Assembly: GCA_965203515.1 (NCBI GenBank)
Contig: OZ241907.1
Span: 1,568,001-1,632,000 of the forward strand
Direction of reading: 5' to 3'
DNA: 64,000 nt
DNA from: Spirochaetia bacterium
Lineage (GTDB): Bacteria > Spirochaetota > Spirochaetia > SZUA-6 > Bin103
The notes under the pieces were generated by a model. That model had not been told where the DNA came from, ran no database searches, and saw only the letters and a list, made by a program, of their open reading frames with translations. Of this stretch, positions 38,598-46,948 are shown one piece after another. Within the stretch, counting starts at the first letter, position 1. Every line of letters begins with the position of its first letter. Both the position numbers and the translations under genes were made by a program.

Positions 38598-39584
38598 CTA
38601 GTATCCGCGCTCGCCGGCCGCCAGCCGGTCATCCGGGCCCAGGCCGGCGGCGGTCAGTACCCGGTCCATGCGCCGCCAGGCGAAGATCGGCATCATGTGG
38701 ACGCCGGCGACCCCGGGGGTAGCGCGCAGCCGTTGCAGCAGCTCGACCGTGTAGCGCATCCCCTCCTCGGCCGCCTCGCCGCGCGCCTCCGCCCGCCGCA
38801 GGCGCGCGAGCAGGGCGTCGGTCTCCGGATGTGAGCCGGTGAAGCCGACCAGGAACAGCCAGGTGCGCAGCGACAGCGGCGACGTGACGATCGGCACGCC
38901 GCAGATGATCGGCGCCGTCACGCCGAGCCGCTCGACTTCGGCAAGCCAGCGGGTGAACCGGCGCCACAGGAACGGCGGCTGCGTCAGGATCGCCTCCGCG
39001 CCGGCGGCGACCTTGCGCTGCATGCGGCGCGCGCGCGCGGCCGGCCCCGGCAGGATCGGGTTCTCGACCGCCCAGAGCGGCTGATCGGGAAACGCGCGCC
39101 GCACCGCGCGCAGGATGCGGAACGAGTTCTGCGGCAGCAGCCACCCCAGCTTGACGATGCCGAACAGCCGGCGCACCAGCCCGCCGCCGGACAGCACCAG
39201 CAGGGCCGCCGCGCCGCCGGCGCGCGCCGCCGCCACCCGCCGCGCCACCATGCCGGCGGTCCGCAGGCTGGCCGACACGGTGAACACCGGCTCGGCGCTC
39301 TTCGACAGCGCGCCGGCGATACGCCGCTCCAGCCGCTCGCGCGGCGCGCGCCTGGCCGGGCGCCGCCGCGCCAGCAGGTCGCGGAAGCGTCCGACCAGCG
39401 GCAGGTCCGGCAGCGTCACCGCGTCGATCAAGCCGCGGTCGACCATCCGCCGGTAGGCGCGCGCCTGGCCGGCCTGCGCCTGCTCCGCGGTGATCACGAA
39501 CCGGCCGGATGCGAGCCGCTCGCGCGCGGTGCCGAGGCGCGCGCGGATGTCGCCGGCGGCTCCGCCGTCCTTCGCCTTCGCCAT
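38598..39584 (-). CDS. Methylenetetrahydrofolate reductase-like flavoprotein (divergent)
   Basis: FVITAE, DAVTLPD, KVAAGAEAILTQP, PIICGVP, GVAGVHMM. Confidence 0.7.
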   Translation of the reverse strand: MAKAKDGGAAGDIRARLGTARERLASGRFVITAEQAQAGQARAYRRMVDRGLIDAVTLPDLPLVGRFRDLLARRRPARRAPRERLERRIAGALSKSAEPVFTVSASLRTAGMVARRVAAARAGGAAALLVLSGGGLVRRLFGIVKLGWLLPQNSFRILRAVRRAFPDQPLWAVENPILPGPAARARRMQRKVAAGAEAILTQPPFLWRRFTRWLAEVERLGVTAPIICGVPIVTSPLSLRTWLFLVGFTGSHPETDALLARLRRAEARGEAAEEGMRYTVELLQRLRATPGVAGVHMMPIFAWRRMDRVLTAAGLGPDDRLAAGERGY

Positions 39585-39589
39585 GCGGC

Positions 39590-41038
39590 TCAGAGATAGG
39601 GATACATGCGGGCCGGGTCGTAGCCGGGGATGAACAGCTCGTGCGGCCGCCCGGTCACCAACGCGCCGTCGCGGACGAATCCCTCGGGCCGGTCGCGCAG
39701 CACCTCGACCAGGCGCGCGCGCCACCGCGCCAGTTCCGCGCCGCCGGCCGGCGCCAGATCGCGCAGCTCCTGCGGGTCGGCGTCCAGATCGAAGAGGTGC
39801 TCGCGGCCGGTCTGCGAGTACCAGACGTACTTGCGGCGGCCGTCGGTCAGGTAGTGGTTGCCCAGCGCGTAATCGTACTGGCCGGCGTGCTCGCCGTGCA
39901 GGTACTCGCGCACCTCCTGCGCCTCGCCGCGCAGGATCGGCAGCAGGCTCCTGCCGGTCACCGAGTCCGGGACCGGCGCGCCGGCGATGTCCAGAATGGT
40001 CGGCATCAGGTCCTGCAGACCGACCGCCGCCGGCGACACCACGCCGGAGCCGAGCGGAGCGCGCCCGGGACCGCTGACGATGAACGGCACGCGCGCCGAC
40101 CCTTCGTACGGCCACGTCTTGCGGAACAGGTGATGGTCGCCGAGCATCTCGCCGTGGTCGGCGGTGAACACGAACACCGTGTCGGGCAGCAGCGCCTGCA
40201 TCACCTGCAGCAGCCGGCCGATCTGATCGTCGATGAAGTTGATCATCCCGAAGTAGGCCGCCTGGCTGCAGCGCCGGTCGTGCTCGTCCAGATCGATGTA
40301 CCAGGCGTTGGGACTGACGCCCTTGCGCGGCACCGGCCGGCCCGGCAGGTCCCGCGCCCAGTCGCCGACCGGCGGCGCCGGCAGGTCGCGGCCGACGTAG
40401 CGGTCGTAGTAGTGGCGCGGCGGCGTGAACGGCGGGTGCGGGTCGATGAACGACAGATTGAGGAAGAACGGCTGCGAGTCGTCGCGGTGCTCCAGGAAGT
40501 GGATGGCGCGGTCGACGACCCAGAAGGTGTGCAGCAGTTCCTCCGGCAGGTGGTGGGGCCGGCCCACCCAGGCATTGGAGGAGACGCCGTGCGCGTAGCC
40601 GGCGTGCCGGTCGCGCACGCCGCGGTCGGCCAGCCACTCGGCGTAGTCGCCCGAGTTGCTGGTGTCGGCGATCTGCACGTGCTCGAACCCGTACCGCCAG
40701 CGGCTCGACCCGCGCCCGCGCACGTGGCTCTTGCCGATCATCTCGGTCTGATAGCCGGCCGCGGTCAGCTCGCCGGCCAGCAGGTGCGGCGGCGCCCAGT
40801 CGAAGTCCCGGCCCATGCCGACCGCACCGTTGGCCGCCGGCGCCGTCCCGCTCATCATGGTGCGCCGCGCCGGCACGCAGCTCGGGCACTCGGCGTACGC
40901 GTGCGTGAAGCGCGCGCCCGAGGCGGCCAGCCAATCCAGGTTCGGCGTCTGCAGCACCGGGTGGCCCTCGATGCCGAGCGCGTCGCCGCGCTGCTGGTCG
41001 GTCAGGATCAGGACGACGTTGGGCCGGTCGCTCGCCAT
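39590..41038 (-). CDS. Sulfatase (Cys-type)
   Basis: RPNVVLILTDQQR, CVPAR (CxPxR), PHPP, TADHG. Confidence 0.93.
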   Translation of the reverse strand: MASDRPNVVLILTDQQRGDALGIEGHPVLQTPNLDWLAASGARFTHAYAECPSCVPARRTMMSGTAPAANGAVGMGRDFDWAPPHLLAGELTAAGYQTEMIGKSHVRGRGSSRWRYGFEHVQIADTSNSGDYAEWLADRGVRDRHAGYAHGVSSNAWVGRPHHLPEELLHTFWVVDRAIHFLEHRDDSQPFFLNLSFIDPHPPFTPPRHYYDRYVGRDLPAPPVGDWARDLPGRPVPRKGVSPNAWYIDLDEHDRRCSQAAYFGMINFIDDQIGRLLQVMQALLPDTVFVFTADHGEMLGDHHLFRKTWPYEGSARVPFIVSGPGRAPLGSGVVSPAAVGLQDLMPTILDIAGAPVPDSVTGRSLLPILRGEAQEVREYLHGEHAGQYDYALGNHYLTDGRRKYVWYSQTGREHLFDLDADPQELRDLAPAGGAELARWRARLVEVLRDRPEGFVRDGALVTGRPHELFIPGYDPARMYPYL

Positions 41039-41255
41039 GGCGTCGTACTGTAGCACTCGCACAGCTTCAGGCCATAATACGTCATGGACGTACGAAACCT
41101 GTTGCAAGGCGGGGCGCCGGCGGCGTGCTTGGCCTTCCCCGGTGCCTTCAAGCCGGAAGCTGACTACCTCAGCAGGATCAAGTCTGCCCCGCCGGCGGTC
41201 GTCTGAGCCGGGGACGTACACACCGGCGCGGCGCTCCATCCGGACGGCCATCGGC

Positions 41256-41959
41256 ATGCAGCTCGAACACATCGACGCCATCGAACGGCGCCTCTGGAGC
41301 GCGGCCGACACGCTGCGCGCCAACTCCAACTACGCCAGCAACGAATACTTCCTGCCGGTGATGGGCCTGGTCTTCCTGCGCCACGCCTACCGCCGCTACC
41401 TGGCGGTGGCGGAGGAAGCCGCCGCCGGCCGGCCCACCCGCGGCGGCCGGGCGCGGCCGCTTGCCAAGCAGGACTTCTCGCAGCGGGGCGCCATCTTCCT
41501 GCGCCCGGAGGCGCAGTTCGACCACCTGGTCGCGCTGCCCGACGGCGCCGACCGCGCCGCGGCGATCATCGCCGCCATGGAGTCGATCGAAGCCGACTAC
41601 GAGAGCCTGCGCGGCATGTTGCCGAAGAGCGAGTATCACGAGCTGGATAACGAGGTCCTCGGCCAGCTCCTGCGCACCCTCGACCCCGACGAGCTGAAGC
41701 GGGTATCGGGCGATGTCTTCGGGCGCATCTACGAGTACTTCCTCACCCAGTTCGCCGATCAGAAGGCGCATGACGGCGGCGAGTTCTTCACGCCCTCCTC
41801 ACCGGCCGCTACGTCGGCATCGCTCCTGACGAGGAGGACTTCGACTTCGCGCAGACGCTGCGGAACATCCACGCGGAGCTCGACGACCTCGACGCCGAAT
41901 CGGTGACGCTGGCGGCGAAGATTCGCCAGAACTTCAAAGCGTTGCGCGTCTTCTCTTGA
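41256..41959 (+). pseudogene. hsdM: Type I R-M methyltransferase with large internal deletion and frameshift
   Basis: RLWSAADTLR...DVFGRIYEYFL...GEFFTP, then in another frame the HsdM tail LTGRYVGIAPDEEDFDF...IRQNFKAL; SAM-binding and NPPF motifs absent. Confidence 0.88.
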
Positions 41960-41995
41960 TTGCCGCTCGCCGGATCATACTGCTACGATGCGGTA

Positions 41996-43159
41996 ATGAG
42001 CCCCGGACGCGAGTCCCGTCCCCGATACGACGAGCGGTACAAGATGCTGTTCGCCTTCCCGCGCATGGTCGAGGACCTCGTGCGCGCCTTCTTCAGCGGC
42101 GAGCAGCTCGCTACCGTAGACTTCTCGACGCTGCAGAAGCTGTCGGCCGAGTACGTCAGCGACGAGTTGCTGAAGCGCCACGGGGACGCCGTATGGCGGC
42201 TGCGGGTGGGAGACGAGTGGACCTGTCTGCTGGTGCTGCTGGAGTTCCAGTCGCGCGATGACTACTACATGGCGCTGCGCATCCTTGTCTACGTCAGCCT
42301 GATGTACCAGGAGTGGCTGCGCAACGAGAGTCGGAAGAGGCGGGAAGGGCAGGAAGCGCGCCGCTTGCCGGCGGTGCTGCCGGTAGTGCTCTACAACGGC
42401 ACGGACCCGTGGGGGGCGCCGCAGGAGGTGGGCGAGTTGATCGCGCCGGTGGGGCAGTGGCTGGCGGCGTACCAACCGGCGCAGCGTTACTTCGTAGTGG
42501 ACGAGCAGCGGGTCGGGGCGGACTCGGTGCCGCGCGGGAATTTGATGCGGGCGGTGGTGGGGCTGGAGCAGAGTCGGTCGCCGGAGGACTTGTTGCGGGT
42601 AGCGAACGCGCTGGCGGAGTGGCTGGCGGGGTCGGAGCACGATGAGTTGCGACGGGTGTTCGAGGACTGGCTGCGGAGTTCGATCGAGCAGATCAAGCGG
42701 GAGGGGGAGGAGCTGCCGGAGATGAAGAACCTGGAGGAGGTACGGATGACGCTGGAAGAGCGAGTGAAGGAGTGGCCGGCGCAGTGGATGCGGGAAGGCC
42801 GCGAGCAAGGACTTGCGCAGGGACTTGAGAAGGGCCGTGAGGAAGGCCGTGAGGAAGGCCGTGAGGAAGGCCGTGAGGAAGGCCGTGAGGAAGGCCGTGA
42901 GGAAGGCCGTGAGGAGGGCCGTGAGGAGGGTCTTGAGCAGGGCCGCGAGCAGGGCCGCGAGCAGGGACTTGAACACGAACGAACTCTGTTGCGCCGTATG
43001 GCAGCGCTGCGGTTCGGCGCCGAGACCGGCGAGCGCGCGGCGGCTCTGATGGCGGACATCGGGGAAGCGGATCAACTGGCCGACATCGGCGACTGGCTGG
43101 TGCAGTCCGGCGACGGCGACAAATTTCTGGCACGAATAGCGTCGATCGCGCGGTCGTGA
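41996..43159 (+). CDS. Rpn family (YhgA-like) PD-(D/E)XK nuclease / putative transposase
   Basis: DERYKMLF, RHGDAVW, LLEFQS, MALR, LPAVLPVVLYNG..PW, GREE repeats, LRFG tail. Confidence 0.93.
   Translation: MSPGRESRPRYDERYKMLFAFPRMVEDLVRAFFSGEQLATVDFSTLQKLSAEYVSDELLKRHGDAVWRLRVGDEWTCLLVLLEFQSRDDYYMALRILVYVSLMYQEWLRNESRKRREGQEARRLPAVLPVVLYNGTDPWGAPQEVGELIAPVGQWLAAYQPAQRYFVVDEQRVGADSVPRGNLMRAVVGLEQSRSPEDLLRVANALAEWLAGSEHDELRRVFEDWLRSSIEQIKREGEELPEMKNLEEVRMTLEERVKEWPAQWMREGREQGLAQGLEKGREEGREEGREEGREEGREEGREEGREEGREEGLEQGREQGREQGLEHERTLLRRMAALRFGAETGERAAALMADIGEADQLADIGDWLVQSGDGDKFLARIASIARS
42746..43159 (+). CDS. Putative internal in-frame small Rpn protein (RpnS-like antitoxin)
   Basis: GGAGGAGG followed by tacgg then ATG, in frame: MTLEERVKEWPAQW... 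Confidence 0.65.
   Translation: MTLEERVKEWPAQWMREGREQGLAQGLEKGREEGREEGREEGREEGREEGREEGREEGREEGLEQGREQGREQGLEHERTLLRRMAALRFGAETGERAAALMADIGEADQLADIGDWLVQSGDGDKFLARIASIARS
42833..42928 (+). repeat. 12-bp tandem repeat x8 encoding GREE
   Basis: ggccgtgagga(a/g) x8. Confidence 0.95.
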
Positions 43160-43269
43160 CGGCGCTCGCGCACATGCGGCGCCACCCCGGTCGAACTCTC
43201 CTGCGCGGTACCAGGCACTCCTCTTCCTCGGGCGCGATGCCGACGTAGCGGGCTAGCGACCGAGGGCTT

Positions 43270-43460
43270 TCAGTGACGAGTTGCTGAACGCCGCGGCGAC
43301 GCCGTTTGGCGGCAGCCTGGAAAGAGGAGCTGCCGGAGATGAAAACCTGGGGGAGGTACGGATGACGCTGGAAGATCGAGTGAAGGAGTGGCCGGCGCAG
43401 TGGATGCGGGAAGGCCGCGAGCAAGGACTTGAGCAAGGCCGTGAGCAGGGACGTCAGTAG
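43270..43460 (+). pseudogene. Second Rpn remnant retaining a 32-aa RpnS-like mini-ORF (43362-43460)
   Basis: 43270-43313 resembles 42156-42200; 43324-43431 resembles 42707-42815; MTLEDRVKEWPAQWMREGREQGLEQGREQGRQ*. Confidence 0.82.
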
Positions 43461-43801
43461 GATATTTCGCCTTGATGGACCGCGAAGTCTGTACGAACCA
43501 GGGATTTATCAATATCATCCCGCGGGACGCGGGAATGACGATGTATCTCCTCTTCAATCTCATGAGTCGAGTAAACGAAATTCGCAGCAATGCGAAGGGT
43601 ACGACGTACCCGGAGATCAGCAAGGGGCGCTTTCGCGCGATGGACATAGTGGTTCCGGAGTATCCGGTCGTCGCGAAATTTGCCAACTTCTCGTCGGAGG
43701 TGATTCGACAGATTCGCCTCTTGAAGCGTTCCACTCTCCACCTCACTCAAGCACGTGATTTGCTTCTGCCTCACCTGATGAGTGGCCGGATATCGGTGTG
43801 A
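43457..43801 (+). pseudogene. hsdS: Type I R-M specificity subunit, 3' fragment
   Basis: VCTNQGF, GTTYPEISK, ARDLLLPHLMSG.I.V; lower GC; 5' part absent. Confidence 0.88.
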
Positions 43802-44144
43802 TTCGGAAGACCGCGGTTATCATGTCTGAATGTACGTCGACCTTCCGGCGGGCGGGACCGGGACGGCGCGGCCGGGATCTCAGCCGACCGGGATCCGCGA
43901 AGGCACCAAGTCGGCACCAAGTCCATATCTTACGTAATTGCCTTGCAAGTAAGTCGATACGGGAAATCATGGCGCTTGCCGGCAGACGCGACCGCACCAA
44001 GTTCCGGCACCAAGTCATGCAACCCTTGCTCGCCGCCGGATGGCTGGGATGACCATTCCCGACAAGCCCACCAGCAGCCGCCAGCGGTACCGGCTGACCG
44101 CCGCCGGGCGGCAGCTCCTGGACGAGATGCGGGCCGTGGAATGA
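43798..44144 (+). pseudogene. Fic-like C-terminal HTH fragment, frameshifted
   Basis: GRRDRTKFR..V.QPLL..GWL then, after a 1-nt shift near 44047, MTIPDKPTSSRQRYRLTAAG. Confidence 0.7.
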
Positions 44145-44345
44145 GCGCCGCGCGCTACACCGAGGAGACGCTCGTCCAGCAGACCGCCGCCGACTACCTG
44201 GAGCGCCGGCTCGGGTGGGAGTCGGTCTACGCGCACCACGCCGAGGACTTCGGTCCCGGCAGCCTGCTCGGTCGGGCGTCGGACCGGGAAGTAGTGTTGG
44301 AACGGCCATTGCGCGAAGCGCTGGCGGCGCTGAATCCCGGTCTGC
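44141..44345 (+). pseudogene. hsdR: Type I R-M restriction subunit, 5' fragment (~68 codons)
   Basis: YTEETLVQQ...LGWESVY...LLGR.SDREVVL...LREAL..LNPGL, then runs into the convergent TrmH gene. Confidence 0.85.
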
Positions 44346-45167
44346 TCAACGGTTCGCCGCCTGACGCCGCTGGCGCAGCGCCTCGAACAACAGCGCCGCT
44401 CCGGCCATGGCCACGTTGATCGAGTCGGCGCGGCCCAGCATCGGGATCGACACGGCGGCGTGATCGCCGCTCAGCCACGCGCCGTCCAACCCGAACTGCT
44501 CGTTGCCCAGCACCACGGCCGCGGCGCCGGTGAGGTCGTGGTCGGTGTAGCAGCGGCCGGAGGCCGGGGTCGTGACCACGGTGCGCACGCCGCGCTCGGC
44601 CAGCCAGCGGCGCGTGGCCGCGGCCCCGGCCTGCGCCGCCGGCACCGTGAACAGCGTGCCGACGCTGGCGCGCACGACGTTGGGATTGAACAGGTCGGTC
44701 ACCGGATCGCAGACGATCACGGCGGCGGCGCCCACCGCGTCGGCGGTGCGCAGCAGCGTGCCCAGGTTGCCCGGCTTCTCGATCGCGGCGGCGATCACGT
44801 ACAGCGGATCGTCCGGCGGCGCCGGCAGGCGGTCGATCGTCCAGTCCGGCTGCGGCGCCACCGCCAGCAGGCCGTCCGGCCGGTCGCGGTAGGAGAGCTT
44901 GGCGAACACGGCGCGGTCGGCCGGGATCAGCTCGGCGCCGCACGCCTGCCGCGCCCGGTCGAGCAGCGCCGGCTCATTGCTGCCCAGATAGAACGCCGGG
45001 CAGTGGTAGACCGCCTCCAGCGGCAGCCCGGCCTCCACCGCGCGCAGCAGCTCCCGGTAGCCCTCGATCAGGAAGGCCCGCTCGCGGTCGCGCGCCCGCC
45101 TGCGCCGCAACCGCACCACGCGCTTCACCCCGGCGTTCCGCAGGCTGGCCACCGCCGGTCGCTCCAT
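44346..45167 (-). CDS. TrmH/SpoU family RNA 2'-O-methyltransferase
   Basis: EKPGNLGTLLRTA, LGNEQFGL, IPMLGRADSINVA. Confidence 0.94.
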   Translation of the reverse strand: MERPAVASLRNAGVKRVVRLRRRRARDRERAFLIEGYRELLRAVEAGLPLEAVYHCPAFYLGSNEPALLDRARQACGAELIPADRAVFAKLSYRDRPDGLLAVAPQPDWTIDRLPAPPDDPLYVIAAAIEKPGNLGTLLRTADAVGAAAVIVCDPVTDLFNPNVVRASVGTLFTVPAAQAGAAATRRWLAERGVRTVVTTPASGRCYTDHDLTGAAAVVLGNEQFGLDGAWLSGDHAAVSIPMLGRADSINVAMAGAALLFEALRQRRQAANR

Positions 45168-45255
45168 CGCCGTCGAGTATGGACCCCGAGGCCCACCGCG
45201 TTCACCGTCCGCGCCGTCACCGTCCGCGTTGCCGGCGCGCTATGCTGCGCCGGCC

Positions 45256-46893
45256 ATGGCACCGATACGCATCCATCCCGACAACCCCAAGCTGTTCGAA
45301 TACCGCGGCCGCCCGCTCGTGCTGCTGACCGCCACCGAGCACTACGGCGCCGTGCTCAACCGACCGTTCCGGTTCGAGCGCTATCTGCGCGGCGCCGCGG
45401 CCAACGGCATGACGCTGACCCGGCTCTTCACGCTGTTCCGCGAGCTGCAGACCCCGATCAACCCGGCCTCCACCTGCAAGCCGGCCAGCCCCGATTACGT
45501 GGCCCCGTACGCGCGCACCGGTCCCGGCTTCGCGCTCGACGGCGAACCGCGCTTCGACCTGGACCGCGACGACCCGGATTTCTACGAGCGCCTGCACCGC
45601 TTCATCGGCACGGCGGACGACCTGGGCGTGGTGGTCGAGGTGGTGCTGCTCAGCAACACCTACCGCGATTCGGTATGGCGGCTGAACCCCCTGCACGCCG
45701 ACAACAACGTCAACGGGCTGCCATCGTGCCCGGCCCCCGACTACCTGAGCATGCGCCGCCCGGCGCTGTTCGAGCGCCAGCGCGCGTACGTGCGCCGCAT
45801 CGTCGCGGAGACCCGCCGGTACGACAACGTGATCTACGAGATCTGCAACGAACCGGGCGGTCGAGCGCCGGCCGCCGATCGAGCGCCGGCTGCCGATCGA
45901 GCGCCGGCTGCCGGCAGCCCGGCCGCCGACGGCCCGGCGGCGAGCGGCCCGACGGTGAGCGAGGTGAACGACTGGCTGGACGCGCTGCTTCGGGAGGTGC
46001 GCGACGCCGACCACCCAGGCGCCCGGCGCCACCTGATCGCCGGCCAGGAGGCGTTCGCGGACGAGCCGTTCCGGCAGACGCTCGACCGCAGCTACGACGC
46101 GATCGACTACGACGTGGTCAACCTCCATCCGCTGCCGGCCACGCGGCTGCGCGGCGCCGAGTACGACCTGGGCGACTTCATGAGCAAGCAGCTCCGCCTG
46201 CCGGCGTTCCGGGACCTGACCCTGGCCGCCGGCCGCGAGTCCAAGCCGCTCAATCACGACGAGGACAACGTCGCCAGCCAGTACCGCGACCCGGACGGCT
46301 GGACCGTCCATCGCAAGCGCGCCTGGGTCGCCCTGCTGTGCGGCGCCCACTACGACGTGATCGACTTCTCGATCCAGCCGTTCCTGGAGGAAGGCACGCC
46401 CGACGCTCAGGCGCACCTGCGATCCTGGTTCCGGCATCTCTCCACCTACGTGCACGGCCTCGACCTGGTCCGCAGCCGCCCCCTGCCGGAGGCGCTGCGC
46501 TCCTGGCCGCCGGGCACGGTCGCCGCGGCGTTCGGGGCGCCGGGCGCGGACTACTCGGTCTACGTGGCCGACGCGCGCGAGTACCGCGGCGTGCGCGGCG
46601 TCCCCGATCCGGGCGAGGGCACGCCTCCCGGCGAAGCAGGGACGCCCGGCGAGACGGGGACGCCCGGCGAAGCGGGGGCGCCGATCGGCGGCGCGCTGGT
46701 GCTGGACCTGCCCGAGGCTCCGCTTGCCGCCAGCGCGTTCGATCCGACCAGCGGCGCCACCGTCGCGCTCGACCGCCTCCGGGGCGGCCCGGCCACGCGT
46801 ATCGAACTGGCCCCCTTCCGGCACGACGTCGTCATCCGCCTGAAGGTCATCGGCGTCACGGCGGCGGACGCCGGCAACCGGTCCGGTTCGTAA
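45256..46893 (+). CDS. GH-A clan (GH5/cellulase-like) glycoside hydrolase
   Basis: DNVIYEICNEPG, NLH, KPLNHDED; TIM-barrel-like pattern. Confidence 0.65.
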   Translation: MAPIRIHPDNPKLFEYRGRPLVLLTATEHYGAVLNRPFRFERYLRGAAANGMTLTRLFTLFRELQTPINPASTCKPASPDYVAPYARTGPGFALDGEPRFDLDRDDPDFYERLHRFIGTADDLGVVVEVVLLSNTYRDSVWRLNPLHADNNVNGLPSCPAPDYLSMRRPALFERQRAYVRRIVAETRRYDNVIYEICNEPGGRAPAADRAPAADRAPAAGSPAADGPAASGPTVSEVNDWLDALLREVRDADHPGARRHLIAGQEAFADEPFRQTLDRSYDAIDYDVVNLHPLPATRLRGAEYDLGDFMSKQLRLPAFRDLTLAAGRESKPLNHDEDNVASQYRDPDGWTVHRKRAWVALLCGAHYDVIDFSIQPFLEEGTPDAQAHLRSWFRHLSTYVHGLDLVRSRPLPEALRSWPPGTVAAAFGAPGADYSVYVADAREYRGVRGVPDPGEGTPPGEAGTPGETGTPGEAGAPIGGALVLDLPEAPLAASAFDPTSGATVALDRLRGGPATRIELAPFRHDVVIRLKVIGVTAADAGNRSGS

Positions 46894-46948
46894 CGCCCTC
46901 CAAGACGATGCGCGTGCGGCGACAAGCGGCTATGCTGCTGCGCCAATC

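Noticed and set aside
42833..42928. Regular repeat array as a possible CRISPR
   Set aside because: 12-bp head-to-tail coding repeats with no spacers; no cas genes in the window
41996..43159. Rpn as an IS transposase
   Set aside because: No terminal inverted repeats or target duplication at the gene ends; the 18-bp inverted repeat is hsdM-derived; the family is not known to form IS elements
42707..43431. Duplicated Rpn tail, or the NHLP pair, as a DGR template/variable repeat
   Set aside because: No reverse transcriptase in the window; differences include indels and non-adenine changes
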